Shown: positions 35,733 through 46,005 of the stretch, piece after piece | How positions within the stretch are numbered: the first letter of the stretch is position 1 | Layout of the letters: the number at the start of each line of letters is the position of its first letter | NCBI GenBank assembly: GCA_035622375.1 | Contig: DASPVM010000011.1 | Span: forward strand, 48,759-112,758 | Direction: 5' to 3' | DNA: 64,000 bases | DNA from: Methylocella sp. | Lineage (GTDB): Bacteria; Pseudomonadota; Alphaproteobacteria; Rhizobiales; Beijerinckiaceae | The notes under the pieces: model-generated | Databases searched by the model: none | The model's input: only the letters and a program-made list of their open reading frames with translations | What the model was told of the DNA's origin: nothing | Program-made: the position numbers and the translations under genes

Positions 35733-36074
35733 CCGTATTCCATTCGCTGCCTTGGCTGAACTAGGGGCGAGCCCGGCCGTCGCGGGCGTGGAGCCGCCAG
35801 ATGGCCGGAGCAGCGTCTGACGCCATCTCTCCTCGCTAGCTGTCGGCCTCGGATGACGCCGCTGGCTAATTGCGGCAGCGGAAAAAGCCCCGGCTCGCCC
35901 AGTTAACCTTGTTATCGCCGCATTCGCGAAGTTCGTGTTAATTTTGCTACAGTTTTCCAAATAGTAAGTTCGGCAACGGCGGAAACGGCCAGGCTTTTCT
36001 GGCTTCACCTCAGGTTTTTTGTTACCTGTCAACTGAACATTTTTACGAAGGCGAAGGGTTTGCAGGGGACTCTC

Positions 36075-37388
36075 ATGACGGGCTCGCGTATTGGGTTGTT
36101 GTCTTTGGCCATCCTCGCAACGCTTAGCGCTGGCGGGTGCTCTTTCTTTAGCGGGTTCCCAGTCGCTGGCCCGACATCGGAGGCGATCAAATCCGGCGAG
36201 TCCGCCGTCGCCCCCTATCAGCTCGTCAAACTTTCTCCCGAGACCATCGAAATCCTTGCCAATCACGAGCCGCAGGGCCTTGCCGGCGCCTTCACCGATC
36301 ACAAGCCGCCATCCAAAATCGTCTTCGGAATCGGCGACGTCGTTTCCATCACCGTGTTCGAAGCAGCGGCCGGAGGCCTCTTTATCCCGCTTGAAGCCGG
36401 CGTGCGTCCCGGCAATTACGTCGCTCTGCCAGACCAAATCGTCGATAATAATGGATATATTACCTTTCCCTACGCTGGTCAGGTCAAGGCCGCCGGCCGC
36501 GATAACGTCCAAATCCAAGACGACATTATCAATAAGATCAAGAACCGCGCCATCGAGCCGCAGGTCGTCGTTTCCCTGTCGCAACAACGCACATCCTTGA
36601 TCAGTGTCGTCGGCTCGGTGACGACGCCCTTGCGCTTCGCCGTGCCGTTCCCAGGGGCGGGAGACCGCGTGCTTGACGCGATTACCCGCGCCGGCGGCAT
36701 CTCCGGCCCCGGTTATGAGAGCTGGGTCATGCTCGAGCGCCATGGCAAGCGGGCCACCGTGCCATTCGAGAACCTCGTCATGAACCCGAAGAACAACATT
36801 TTTATCCAGCCGGGCGATCGCATCTACGTCTATCAAGAGCAGCAAAAATTCATGGCCTTTGGGGCGACCGGCGGCGCGCCGATCGCCTTCGGTCAAGGCC
36901 TCTTCACCTTCGACGCCTGGCGTCTCAATCTAGCGGAAGGTGTCGCCAAGGCGGGCGGCCTCGCCGATTTCCAGGCCGATCCTGGCGCTGTCTTCCTCTA
37001 TAGGCAGGAGCCGATCGAGGTGGCGCAATTGCTCGGCGCCGATCCGAAACGTTTTAGCGGTCCGCTCGTCCCTGTCATCTTCTGGATCGATTTCCGCGAT
37101 CCGGGCGGCTATTTCCTGGCGACGCGTTTCCAGATGCGCAACGACGACATTCTGTTCATGGCCAACGCCCATTCCTTCGAGGCGACGAAAGTGCTCACCT
37201 TCGTCAGCCTTGTCGCGGCGACGGCGGTGGGGACGACGGCGGCCATCGCGGGCGTGCCGGCCGCGGGCGCGGCGGTCCACGGCCATACCTTGGGGGCGGC
37301 GAACACGAAGACATTCTCTACTTGCATTAATACAACCACCACCAGTGGTTGCGTACCGGGCTCGACCTTCACGACGTCCACGCAGTGA
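36075..37388 (+). CDS. Polysaccharide export outer-membrane lipoprotein (Wza/ExoF family)
   Basis: Lipobox LSAGGC. Polysaccharide-export (PES) motif region YQLVKLSPETIE...FGIGDVVSITVFE and SLBB-like repeats. It has an unusual Thr/Ser/Cys-rich C-terminal tail. Confidence 0.8.
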   Translation: MTGSRIGLLSLAILATLSAGGCSFFSGFPVAGPTSEAIKSGESAVAPYQLVKLSPETIEILANHEPQGLAGAFTDHKPPSKIVFGIGDVVSITVFEAAAGGLFIPLEAGVRPGNYVALPDQIVDNNGYITFPYAGQVKAAGRDNVQIQDDIINKIKNRAIEPQVVVSLSQQRTSLISVVGSVTTPLRFAVPFPGAGDRVLDAITRAGGISGPGYESWVMLERHGKRATVPFENLVMNPKNNIFIQPGDRIYVYQEQQKFMAFGATGGAPIAFGQGLFTFDAWRLNLAEGVAKAGGLADFQADPGAVFLYRQEPIEVAQLLGADPKRFSGPLVPVIFWIDFRDPGGYFLATRFQMRNDDILFMANAHSFEATKVLTFVSLVAATAVGTTAAIAGVPAAGAAVHGHTLGAANTKTFSTCINTTTTSGCVPGSTFTTSTQ

Positions 37389-37709
37389 CGGTTCCAGGTT
37401 TTTGGATCGCGAAGGCGTGAGTCTCGTTTAGCGGGGGATCCTGCCCCGCTTCGCCGATGCGGTGATAGGGCTAGCGCGGCGCACGGCCCTGGGTCCTGCG
37501 CTGCCCCTGCCGATCATCCCCCTGAGTGGCCGAGGCCAGGCGCGGCAATGGGCCGCGCGGAAAACTCGCGGTCCTCGCCGCATCCTTTCATCTGCCTCTG
37601 GCATAGAGGTTGCGTCGCCCCAAATCATTGCGCGGGTGTTGTCCATGCTGGCGTAAGGAACCGTCCTTAAGCCCTCGGCGTGGCGGCACACATTAAGCGG
37701 AGGCTTTGC

Positions 37710-38498
37710 TTGGATAGTTTTGAGTGGAACAAAATTACCGGGGCGATTTTGGGGACCTTGCTCCTCGCCATGGGCCTCGATGTGGTCTCCGGTGTCATTT
37801 TTGCGCGTCCACGGCTCGGCCATCCAGGTTACGCCTTGCCCGCCGCGGCAGAGGTGGCGGCGGGTCCCGCCGCCACGGCGTCTTCGCCTGCGGCCCCGCC
37901 CATCGATGAGCGCCTCGCCGTGGCCGACGTTAAGCGCGGTCAGGCGGACACCAAGCCATGCCAATCCTGCCATAGTTTTGAGAAGGGCGGGGGCGCCAAG
38001 ATTGGGCCGCCGCTCTATGGCGTCGTCGAACGAAACAAAGCGTCGGTCGAGGGTTTCCAATATTCCGACGCGCTCAAGGCGAAGGGCGGCCCATGGACCT
38101 ATCCCGATCTTGATCAGTTTCTCCGGGATCCGAAGGCCTACGCGGCGGGCACCAAAATGACTTATGCGGGCGAGAGCGACCCCGCCAAACGGGCCGACAT
38201 TATCGATTATCTGCACACTTTGTCGGATAACCCGCCGCCGCTTCCGGCAAAACCCGCCGAGAACGCAAAGCATGGCACGAGCAGCGAGCCGCCGCCTGAG
38301 CCGCAACCGGCTCGGCACGCGAGCGCCGAAGAAGCCACTCCGGTGGTCGCGAGCGGAGGTCCAGCGATTGCAATAGAGGAAAGCCTAAGCCTGCCGGCCG
38401 TGGTCCCGGCGGCGGCGAGCGGCGCGCCAGTCAAACCGGCCGAGGTGGTTACACCCGCAGGCCATACGCCGAAGCTGACCGCGCGCCGCAAGAAGTAA
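37710..38498 (+). CDS. Membrane-anchored c-type cytochrome (CycM-like) with long Pro/Ala-rich C-terminal tail
   Basis: SD AAGCGGAGG, then TTG at 37710. MDSFEWNKITGAILGTLLLAMGL anchor, CQSCH haem motif, and MTYAG (Met ligand). It ends in about 90 residues of low-complexity P/A/E sequence. Confidence 0.8.
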   Translation: MDSFEWNKITGAILGTLLLAMGLDVVSGVIFARPRLGHPGYALPAAAEVAAGPAATASSPAAPPIDERLAVADVKRGQADTKPCQSCHSFEKGGGAKIGPPLYGVVERNKASVEGFQYSDALKAKGGPWTYPDLDQFLRDPKAYAAGTKMTYAGESDPAKRADIIDYLHTLSDNPPPLPAKPAENAKHGTSSEPPPEPQPARHASAEEATPVVASGGPAIAIEESLSLPAVVPAAASGAPVKPAEVVTPAGHTPKLTARRKK

Positions 38499-38520
38499 AT
38501 TCTTCTCAAGCTTTGCAAGA

Positions 38521-38549
38521 AAAAAAGCCGGGCTGGAGCCCGGCTTTTT
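38521..38549 (+). terminator. Rho-independent terminator downstream of the cytochrome c gene
   Basis: aaaaaagccgggc-tgga-gcccggcttttt: a 7-bp GC stem flanked by an A-tract and a T-tract, so it is potentially bidirectional. Confidence 0.75.
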
Positions 38550-38677
38550 GCGTCTCTTATGGGATCCGTGGTGACCGCCAGCCGTCGCCCTTTGCAAAAA
38601 ATTTTAAAAAAATTTTGCATTTTTTTGCTCGCCCCGTTAGCAGCGCTTCACCCGCCGATTTCCAAGGCAGATTTAAA

Positions 38678-40582
38678 ATGGCCTCGATGACGAAGATCCC
38701 GCATGCGCTGACTCGCCGCGCCTTGCTGCGCTTGGCTGCCGCCGGGCTCCTCCTGCCGCGCTTCTTCCACGGCGCCGCCCGGGCCACTGGAGCCGCCGCC
38801 ACGGGTGAGGTGGAAACCCATGGCCTGTCGATTTTCGGCGATCTCGCGCTGCCCGCCGACTTCGCGCAATTCGCCTATGTCAATCCGCGGGCACCGAAAG
38901 GCGGCGAGATTGCCCTCCAGCTCAGCGCCACCACGGGCAACCAGAATTTCACGACCTTCAACACGCTCAACATTTTCATCCTTAAGGGCGATGGCGCCGC
39001 CGGCATGAGCGCCATCTTCGATTCTCTGATGACCGGCAGCGGCGATGAGCCGGATTCGCTCTATGGACTCGTGGCGCGCGCCGTCCGCATCTCGGCGGAT
39101 AAGACGGCCTACCGCTTTCTTCTGCGTAAGGAGGCGAGGTTCCATGATGGGTCGCCGCTCACGGCGCGCGACGTGGCTTTCTCGCTCAATATTTTGAAGA
39201 GCAAGGGCCATCCTTCGATTCGCCAGGCGCTGCGCGATCTCGCCAGCGCCGAGGCCGAGGCCGACGATATTGTCACTGTGCGCCTCGCCCCCCACCACAG
39301 CCGGGAGGCGGCCCTCATCGTCGCCGGCCAGCCGATTTTTTCCGCCGATTACTACGCAAAACAAGAATTCGACGAGACGACGCTCGAACCGCCGCTTGGA
39401 TCGAGCGCCTACAAGGTCGGCAGCTTCGATACGGGCCATTACATCACCTTCGAACGCGTGCCCGATTACTGGGGCAAGGACCTCCCGGTCAACGTTGGAC
39501 AGGGCAATTTCGACCGCATCCGTTTCGAATATTTTGGTGACCGCAAGGTTGCCTTCGAGGCGTTCAAGGCCGGTGTCTTCACCTTCCGCGAGGAGTTTAC
39601 CTCCGCCGTATGGGCAACCGGCTATGATTTTGCCGCCGCAAAAGATGGCCGGGTGATCCGCGCGACCTTGCCCGATGAGGCGCCCCTGGGAACGCAGGGC
39701 TGGTTCCTCAACACAAGAAGGGGAAAATTCAAGGACAAGCGTATCCGGCAAGCGATCGGCCTTGCCTTCGATTTCGAGTGGACAAACGCCAACATCATGT
39801 ATGGCGTCTATAAGCGCACGACGTCTTTCTTTCAGAACTCGCCAATGGCCGCCGAGAGCCGCCCCGCGCCGGAAGAACTCAAATTGCTGGAGCCCTTCCG
39901 CGCCGAGCTCGATGAAAACGTCTTTGGCGAAGTTTATGTGCCACCCGTCTCGGACGGATCGGGACAGGACCGCGAGCTCCTGCGGCAAGCAGCCAAGCTT
40001 TTCAGCGAGGCCGGCTGCAAGCGCGATGGCACCAAGCTCACGCTGCCGGACGGCCAGCCCTTGGAGATCGAGTTTCTGGATTTCGACAACTCTTTGGAAC
40101 CGCATACCGCGCCATTCATCAAAAACCTAAAACTGCTGGGCGTCGAGGCAAATTACCGGGTTGTCGATGCCGCGCAATATAAGCGGCGTCTCGATGATTT
40201 CGATTATGACGTGATCACCTCGCGCTTTGGTCTTGGCCTCACTCCTGGCGAGGGGATGCGCTCGACCTTCGGGTCGGAGGCAGCCAATTTGCCCGGCTCG
40301 CGCAACGTCTCCGGCATCATGAGCAAGCCCGTTGATGCGTTGATCGAGCAAGCGCTCGTCGCCGAAACGCGCGAAGAACTGACTTTTATCTGCCGTGCCA
40401 TCGACCGCATCTTGCGCTCCAGCCATTATTGGGTCCCCATGTGGAACAAGCCCAATCATCTCGTCGCCTATTGGGATCTGTTTGGCCGGCCCGATCGCGG
40501 CCCGCGCTATGAGATCGGCGTTGTTTCGACCTGGTGGCATGATGAGGAAAAAGCCAAGCGCATTCATTTAAGTGGGCGGTAG
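38678..40582 (+). CDS. yejA: ABC transporter periplasmic substrate-binding protein (family 5, YejA-like peptide/microcin C uptake)
   Basis: Tat/Sec-like leader [26 protein letters not shown]_bac_5 body of about 630 aa, followed by yejB and yejE. Confidence 0.85.
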   Translation: MASMTKIPHALTRRALLRLAAAGLLLPRFFHGAARATGAAATGEVETHGLSIFGDLALPADFAQFAYVNPRAPKGGEIALQLSATTGNQNFTTFNTLNIFILKGDGAAGMSAIFDSLMTGSGDEPDSLYGLVARAVRISADKTAYRFLLRKEARFHDGSPLTARDVAFSLNILKSKGHPSIRQALRDLASAEAEADDIVTVRLAPHHSREAALIVAGQPIFSADYYAKQEFDETTLEPPLGSSAYKVGSFDTGHYITFERVPDYWGKDLPVNVGQGNFDRIRFEYFGDRKVAFEAFKAGVFTFREEFTSAVWATGYDFAAAKDGRVIRATLPDEAPLGTQGWFLNTRRGKFKDKRIRQAIGLAFDFEWTNANIMYGVYKRTTSFFQNSPMAAESRPAPEELKLLEPFRAELDENVFGEVYVPPVSDGSGQDRELLRQAAKLFSEAGCKRDGTKLTLPDGQPLEIEFLDFDNSLEPHTAPFIKNLKLLGVEANYRVVDAAQYKRRLDDFDYDVITSRFGLGLTPGEGMRSTFGSEAANLPGSRNVSGIMSKPVDALIEQALVAETREELTFICRAIDRILRSSHYWVPMWNKPNHLVAYWDLFGRPDRGPRYEIGVVSTWWHDEEKAKRIHLSGR

Positions 40583-40593
40583 TAGGGGGCATC

Positions 40594-41682
40594 ATGCTGG
40601 CTTATGTCGCCCGCCGCCTGCTCTTCATGATTCCAACACTTTTGGGAATCCTCTTTATCAATTTCGTCGTTGTGCAATTCGCGCCGGGTGGCCCGGTCGA
40701 ACGCGTGCTGGCGCAGTTGCAAGGCCTTGACGCGGGCGCGACCGCGCATTTCGGCGGCGGCGGTGAAACCAATACAGCGGGCGCGGGTGACATCTCCTCA
40801 AAATACCGGGGCGCCCAGGGACTCGACCCAAAATTCATTGCCGAGCTTGAAAAACAATTTGGCTTCGACAAGCCGGCCTATGAGCGCTTTCTCCTCATGC
40901 TCAAGAATTATGCGGTCTTCGATTTCGGCCGATCTTACTTCCGCGATGTGCCCGTTCTGCAGCTCATTAAAGAAAAACTCCCGGTTTCGATTTCGCTCGG
41001 CCTTTGGATGACGCTTCTCTCCTACGCGATCTCGATTCCGCTCGGCATCAAAAAAGCCGTCAGCGATGGCTCGCGCTTTGATGTGTGGTCTTCCGCCGTT
41101 GTCATCACTGGTTATGCGATCCCAAGCTTTCTTTTCGCGATCCTCCTCATTGTGCTTTTTTGCGGCGGCTCCTTCTGGCAGATTTTTCCGCTTCGAGGAC
41201 TCACCTCGGAGAATTGGCCGCAGCTCTCGCTCTTCAATAAAATCACCGATTATTTCTGGCACGTCACCTTGCCAGTGGTGTCGATGACCCTTGGCGCCTT
41301 CGCCACCTCGACATTCCTCACCAAAAATTCTTTTCTTGACGAGATCGCCAAACAATATGTGCAGACGGCGCGGATGAAGGGTTTGAGCGAGAGGCGCGTC
41401 CTTTATGGCCATGTGTTCCGCAATGCGATGATGATCGTCGTCTCGGGGTTCCCGGGCGCCTTCATTGCCGCGTTTTTCGGCGCTTCTTTGCTGATCGAGA
41501 CGATTTTTTCGCTGGATGGGCTTGGGCTTCTTTCGTTCGAGTCGATCGTCAACCGCGATTACCCGGTCGTCTTCGCCAACCTCTACATTTTTGCCCTGCT
41601 TGGGCTTTTCGTAAATCTCCTCTCCGACCTCACTTATATGTGGATCGATCCCCGGATTGATTTCGAGACACGCGAGGTATGA
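40594..41682 (+). CDS. yejB: ABC transporter permease YejB
   Basis: 362 aa. BPD_transp_1 permease with a [19 protein letters not shown] start and a long periplasmic loop typical of YejB. Confidence 0.85.
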   Translation: MLAYVARRLLFMIPTLLGILFINFVVVQFAPGGPVERVLAQLQGLDAGATAHFGGGGETNTAGAGDISSKYRGAQGLDPKFIAELEKQFGFDKPAYERFLLMLKNYAVFDFGRSYFRDVPVLQLIKEKLPVSISLGLWMTLLSYAISIPLGIKKAVSDGSRFDVWSSAVVITGYAIPSFLFAILLIVLFCGGSFWQIFPLRGLTSENWPQLSLFNKITDYFWHVTLPVVSMTLGAFATSTFLTKNSFLDEIAKQYVQTARMKGLSERRVLYGHVFRNAMMIVVSGFPGAFIAAFFGASLLIETIFSLDGLGLLSFESIVNRDYPVVFANLYIFALLGLFVNLLSDLTYMWIDPRIDFETREV

Positions 41683-42851
41683 AGGTGCAAAGCGCCCCTC
41701 TCAATGGCGTCGCAGCCCGGCCCGCCTCTTTAAAGCAAGGAACAAAAACTTCGCGCCTCAGCCCCATCAATCAGCGGAGGCTCGCCAATTTTAGGGCCAA
41801 TAAGCGCGGCTACTGGTCGTTTTGGATTTTTCTGTTTCTTTTCGGCGCGTCTTTGCTTTCCGAAGTGATCGCCAATGATAAGCCGCTGCTTGTCGTCTAT
41901 AAGGGCGAGGTGCTGTTCCCAATCCTGCACGATTATCCTGAAGAAAAGTTTGGCGGTTTTCTGGCGTTCACGGATTATCGGGATAAAGTGATCGCCAATG
42001 AGATCAGCGCGCACGGTTTCATGCTATGGCCTCCGGTCCGCTACTCCTACCGCACGATCAACCGCCAGCTGCCCGTGCCCGCGCCCTCGCCGCCAACCTG
42101 GCTGCTGAGCGAAGCGCAATGCCGCGCCGCTGTCTTGCGCATCTATAAAAAGCCTGATGGCGCGTGCCGTGATCTTGAGTGGAACTGGCTCGGCACGGAT
42201 GACCAGGGCAGAGATGTTCTGGCGCGGCTGCTTTATGGGTTCCGTCTGTCGGTTGTATTCGGCTTGACGCTTGCCGCAGTCTCTTCGGTGATAGGCATCA
42301 CCGCTGGCGCCGTACAAGGCTATTTTGGCGGCTGGACGGATTTGCTTTTTCAGCGCTTCATCGAGATATGGTCCTCGCTCCCCGAGCTTTATCTCTTGAT
42401 TATTATTTCCTCGATCATCGTGCCGGGTTTCTTTGTTCTCTTGGGTGTCCTTCTCTTGTTTTCCTGGGTGAGACTCGTGCATGTCGTACGCGCCGAATTC
42501 CTGCGTGCGAGAAATTTCGAATACGTCAATGCCGCCCGGGCGCTAGGGCTCACCAATCGGGCGATCATCGTCAAGCATGTACTGCCAAATGCGATGGTGG
42601 CGACTCTGACGTTCCTTCCTTTCGTCCTCAACACCTCGATTACGACTTTGACCGCGCTTGATTTTTTAGGCTTTGGCTTGCCGCCCGGCTCGCCCTCGCT
42701 GGGCGAACTGCTCTTGCAAGGCAAGTCTAATCTCGCCGCGCCATGGCTTGGCCTTACCGGTTTCATTGTCATCGCGCTCATGCTCTCGCTGCTCATTTTT
42801 ATTGGCGAAGCCGTGCGCGATGCCTTTGATCCGAGGAAAACGCTGCGGTGA
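41679..42851 (+). CDS. yejE: ABC transporter permease YejE
   Basis: 390 aa. [23 protein letters not shown]-terminus, [16 protein letters not shown] and the permease EAA region. It overlaps the yejB stop by 4 nt. Confidence 0.85.
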   Translation: MKVQSAPLNGVAARPASLKQGTKTSRLSPINQRRLANFRANKRGYWSFWIFLFLFGASLLSEVIANDKPLLVVYKGEVLFPILHDYPEEKFGGFLAFTDYRDKVIANEISAHGFMLWPPVRYSYRTINRQLPVPAPSPPTWLLSEAQCRAAVLRIYKKPDGACRDLEWNWLGTDDQGRDVLARLLYGFRLSVVFGLTLAAVSSVIGITAGAVQGYFGGWTDLLFQRFIEIWSSLPELYLLIIISSIIVPGFFVLLGVLLLFSWVRLVHVVRAEFLRARNFEYVNAARALGLTNRAIIVKHVLPNAMVATLTFLPFVLNTSITTLTALDFLGFGLPPGSPSLGELLLQGKSNLAAPWLGLTGFIVIALMLSLLIFIGEAVRDAFDPRKTLR

Positions 42852-42861
42852 TGCGTGCTTC

Positions 42862-43271
42862 TCAGCCGCTCGCGCGCGGATAAATGATCGTGCCGTCGGA
42901 TTGGGGGATTGCAGCCGGGGTCATCTGCGCCCGATTGGTCTCGCCGGGTCCCATGATGTGAAATACCTCATCTCCCTTGGCTAGGAGATAATCTGCAATG
43001 ATCGAAAACTGTCATTCTTCCAAAAAGTATCTTGGGAAGGCGCGGTATCGTGGCGGCGTCGGCGCAGCCCGCCGAGCTTTTTTAATGCCGGGACTCGATT
43101 TGCGCCCCAGCCAAGGCGGCGGGTAGGTGTCCGCATTGAATTGCGGATTGGTCCGCGAACGTGGGAGGGAGCGGACATCAAGAAGAAGATTAACTTCAGC
43201 CTCGCGGGGGAGGGCGCTAAAGGCCGGTAGCGGGTTGATTGGCCGATCGTGAAGAAAGCAGTAGGTGCCAT
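42862..43271 (-). pseudogene. DUF488-family protein pseudogene (frameshifts plus internal deletion)
   Basis: Minus-strand pieces lie in different frames: MAPTAFFTIGQSTR, then LLLDVRSLPRSRTNPQFNADT, then ALKKLGGLRRRRHDTAPSQDTFWKNDSFR, then GDEVFHIMGPGETNRAQMTPAAIPQSDGTIIYP, with the stop at 42864-42862. The central Cys/Trp-containing segment of the family is missing. Confidence 0.6.
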
Positions 43272-43427
43272 ATTTCGGCCCTTAGCGAGGCAATCGCGGC
43301 ACGACGCCCCGCTTGAAGAGCAGATCTCGTCACCCGCGGAGGTACCCATCTTCCACGACATTTTTTGAAGAGGCCATAATGGCGCGTCTGCCCGGCTTTT
43401 CACAGTCCAGGGCGGAATTGATAATCG

Positions 43428-43823
43428 TTAGTAGTGGCTTCCGGCTGGGTTATTTTGCTGATTAGTGCTCTGATTGCTGCTCGGGCTCTGGACATTGTTT
43501 TTGCTGGTGCCCTGCTTACTGACGCTCCGGCCGCTATTTACCCAGCTGATGCCAAGGTCCGCCATGGTCTGCCGGTCAAGTTTGCCGGTTGCCTCGAGTT
43601 TATTTTTCTTTTGAAAATCCATGAGGGCTTCTCTTGTCTTTGGCCCCCACTTGCCGTTCGCGGGTCCAGCATTAAAGCCCTCTTCATTGAGCTTCTTTTG
43701 GATTTGGACCAGGGTTTTCGAATTCACGTGGATCCCTTCGCTGTACATTTGCTTGGCGAAGGCCGGGCCCGCAAGGAGTAGGCCGCAGCTCGCAAAAGCC
43801 GCCAAAAGGGTGTTTCGCTTCAT
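43428..43823 (-). CDS. Secreted peptidoglycan-binding-domain (PG_binding_1) protein
   Basis: Signal peptide MKRNTLLAAFASCGLLLAGPAFA. LVQIQKKLNEEGFNAGPANGKWGPKTREALMDFQKKNKLEATGKLD matches the PG_binding_1 repeat. It has a low-complexity Ser/Asn/Gln tail. Confidence 0.75.
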   Translation of the reverse strand: MKRNTLLAAFASCGLLLAGPAFAKQMYSEGIHVNSKTLVQIQKKLNEEGFNAGPANGKWGPKTREALMDFQKKNKLEATGKLDRQTMADLGISWVNSGRSVSKQGTSKNNVQSPSSNQSTNQQNNPAGSHY

Positions 43824-44078
43824 TGTCACTCTCCACAAAATGCTGCCGTCAAGGACCGGCCCGTCGGGCGCGCTCCTCCGGTGTCGTCAAACACCCCGGG
43901 CGGCCATCGGTTCCCGCTTTCTTCATCACGCTTCCGCCCGAATCGGCTAAGCTCTTTGGCGCTATCATCAAGCCGTCGTTGACAGGAACGCCCGGAGCAT
44001 TATCGAAATTCATTTCCGCGCCGGCGTGGCGCTTCGAAGACGTAAACCCCTTTGCCCTCGCCCCTAACACGGTGACCG

Positions 44079-45710
44079 ATGCCCCCCACTGCCGATGCCT
44101 TGCTTGACGTACGCGGCCTTCATGTCAGTTTCTGGCAGGGTGGCAGAGGCGTCACCGCTGTTGATGGGATCTCGTTCAAACTCGAGCGTGGCTCAACGCT
44201 CGCGCTCGTTGGCGAATCCGGCTCGGGAAAATCTGTAACGGCGCTATCGGTTGTGCGTCTTTTAAGCCATTCCGCTGCTGTCGAGGGACAAATTTTTTTC
44301 AAGGGCGAGGATCTCCTTGCCGCCCGCGAGGCCCGCCTGCGCGACATTCGCGGCGCTCACATCACGATGGTTTTTCAAGAGCCGATGACCTCGCTCAATC
44401 CCTTGCATACGATTGAGAAACAAATCGGCGAAATCCTCGAGCTGCACGGAGCAAGAAACCCGCAGAAAATCAGAAGCCGCATTGTCGAGCTCCTGAGCGA
44501 AGTCGGCATCGCGGATCCGAGCGGCCGCCTCAACGCCTATCCGCATCAGCTTTCCGGCGGTCAGCGCCAGCGCGTCATGATCGCCATGGCGCTCGCCAAT
44601 CGGCCCGATCTCTTCATCGCCGATGAGCCGACGACCGCTCTCGACGTCACCGTGCAAGCGCAAATCCTCGAACTGCTTAAAGAGCTGCAGGCTCGCCACA
44701 ATATGGCGATGCTGTTTATCACGCATGATCTCGGCATCGTCCGCAAGATCGCCGATGAGGTGGCGGTCATGCAGCGAGGCAAAATCGTCGAAGCGGGCAA
44801 AATGGCGAAGGTCTTTGATGCGCCATGCCATCCCTACACGCAAATGCTTATTGCCGCCGAGCCAAAAGGCAAACCGCCCGCCGTGAATATGCGCAACAAG
44901 ACCATTCTTGACGCGAGCGATATCCGCGTCTGGTTTCCAATCAAGCGAGGCTTTTTTCGCCGCACCGTCGGTCACGTCAAGGCGGTCGACGGCGTGTCCG
45001 TCGCCCTTCGCGAGGGTGAAACCGTCGGCGTCGTCGGCGAATCCGGCTCGGGCAAGACGACGCTTGGCCTTGCTCTCCTGCGCCTTATCCGCTCAAAAGG
45101 CGCGATTGTTTTCCTCGGCCGGCCGATCGAGCGGCTCAATTTCAAGGCTATGCGGCCGCTACGGCGCGATATGCAGATTGTGTTTCAGGATCCTTATGGT
45201 TCGCTATCGCCGCGCCTCTCTGTCGCTGACATCGTCGGCGAAGGCCTCAGCGTCCAGTATCAGTCGATGCCAGCCGCCAAGCGGCGAGAGGTTGTCGCCG
45301 AGGCCCTTGCCGATACCGGCCTTGATCCCGACGCCATGGACCGCTACCCGCACGAATTCTCGGGTGGGCAGAGGCAGCGCATTGCCATCGCGCGGGCGAT
45401 TGTTCTTGAACCCAAACTCGTCGTGCTCGATGAGCCAACCTCCGCCCTCGACATGTCGGTGCAAGCCCAGATCGTCGACCTCTTGCGCGCTCTGCAAGAC
45501 CGCCGGCGCCTCGCCTATCTCTTCATCAGCCATGACCTCAAGGTGGTGCGCGCGCTCGCCAGCGAAATTATCGTCATGCGGGGCGGTAAGGTGGTTGAAG
45601 CAGGCGCGGCGGCGGACCTCTTGGCGAGCCCCAAAGACCCCTATACGCGGGCGCTCTTTGCCGCCGCATTCGAGGCGAAGGCCGTGGGCGACGCGGCCGT
45701 CAGCCAGTAG
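44079..45710 (+). CDS. yejF: ABC transporter ATP-binding protein YejF (duplicated ATPase)
   Basis: 543 aa with two NBDs (GESGSGKS and LSGGQRQR, then GESGSGKT and FSGGQRQR). It is separated from yejE by the 1.2-kb opposite-strand insert. Confidence 0.88.
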   Translation: MPPTADALLDVRGLHVSFWQGGRGVTAVDGISFKLERGSTLALVGESGSGKSVTALSVVRLLSHSAAVEGQIFFKGEDLLAAREARLRDIRGAHITMVFQEPMTSLNPLHTIEKQIGEILELHGARNPQKIRSRIVELLSEVGIADPSGRLNAYPHQLSGGQRQRVMIAMALANRPDLFIADEPTTALDVTVQAQILELLKELQARHNMAMLFITHDLGIVRKIADEVAVMQRGKIVEAGKMAKVFDAPCHPYTQMLIAAEPKGKPPAVNMRNKTILDASDIRVWFPIKRGFFRRTVGHVKAVDGVSVALREGETVGVVGESGSGKTTLGLALLRLIRSKGAIVFLGRPIERLNFKAMRPLRRDMQIVFQDPYGSLSPRLSVADIVGEGLSVQYQSMPAAKRREVVAEALADTGLDPDAMDRYPHEFSGGQRQRIAIARAIVLEPKLVVLDEPTSALDMSVQAQIVDLLRALQDRRRLAYLFISHDLKVVRALASEIIVMRGGKVVEAGAAADLLASPKDPYTRALFAAAFEAKAVGDAAVSQ

Positions 45711-46005
45711 TAGTGCGCGATGCCCCGCGGCATGGCCATACACGCGAGCATGTGCCGATTGGGCTGGGAATCAAGGACCGAGCGAGGGCCCGGCAGAGGA
45801 TTTTTGCTAATATCGGCGCGAGCCTCGCAGGATATCTTAGTGTCGCGCCTACAGCTGCCGGGAAGAGTTTTTGCTGCGTTCTTTGTAGGTTTCTTGGGAA
45901 AATCGGACAAAAAAGTTTCCTCTGAGACGTTTTTGTAAAGTCGCGGGAGCGACAGTGAGGCCGGACCCGGGAGCCGCGTCTCCGCGGCCCCGCCTTCGCT
46001 CGTAA

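Noticed and set aside
35523-36896. Long ORFs antisense to or overlapping confident genes. Examples are 35523-36896(-), 38648-40105(-), 37428-38318(-), 5136-5954(-), 19106-19975(-), 61642-62337(-), 23070-23675(-), 23874-24425(-), 44908-45810(+), 46531-47274(+) and 16938-17444(-).
   Set aside because: These are typical high-GC shadow ORFs. Their translations are Arg/Ala/Pro/Ser-rich and motif-free, and each lies opposite to or out of frame with a gene that has clear family motifs.
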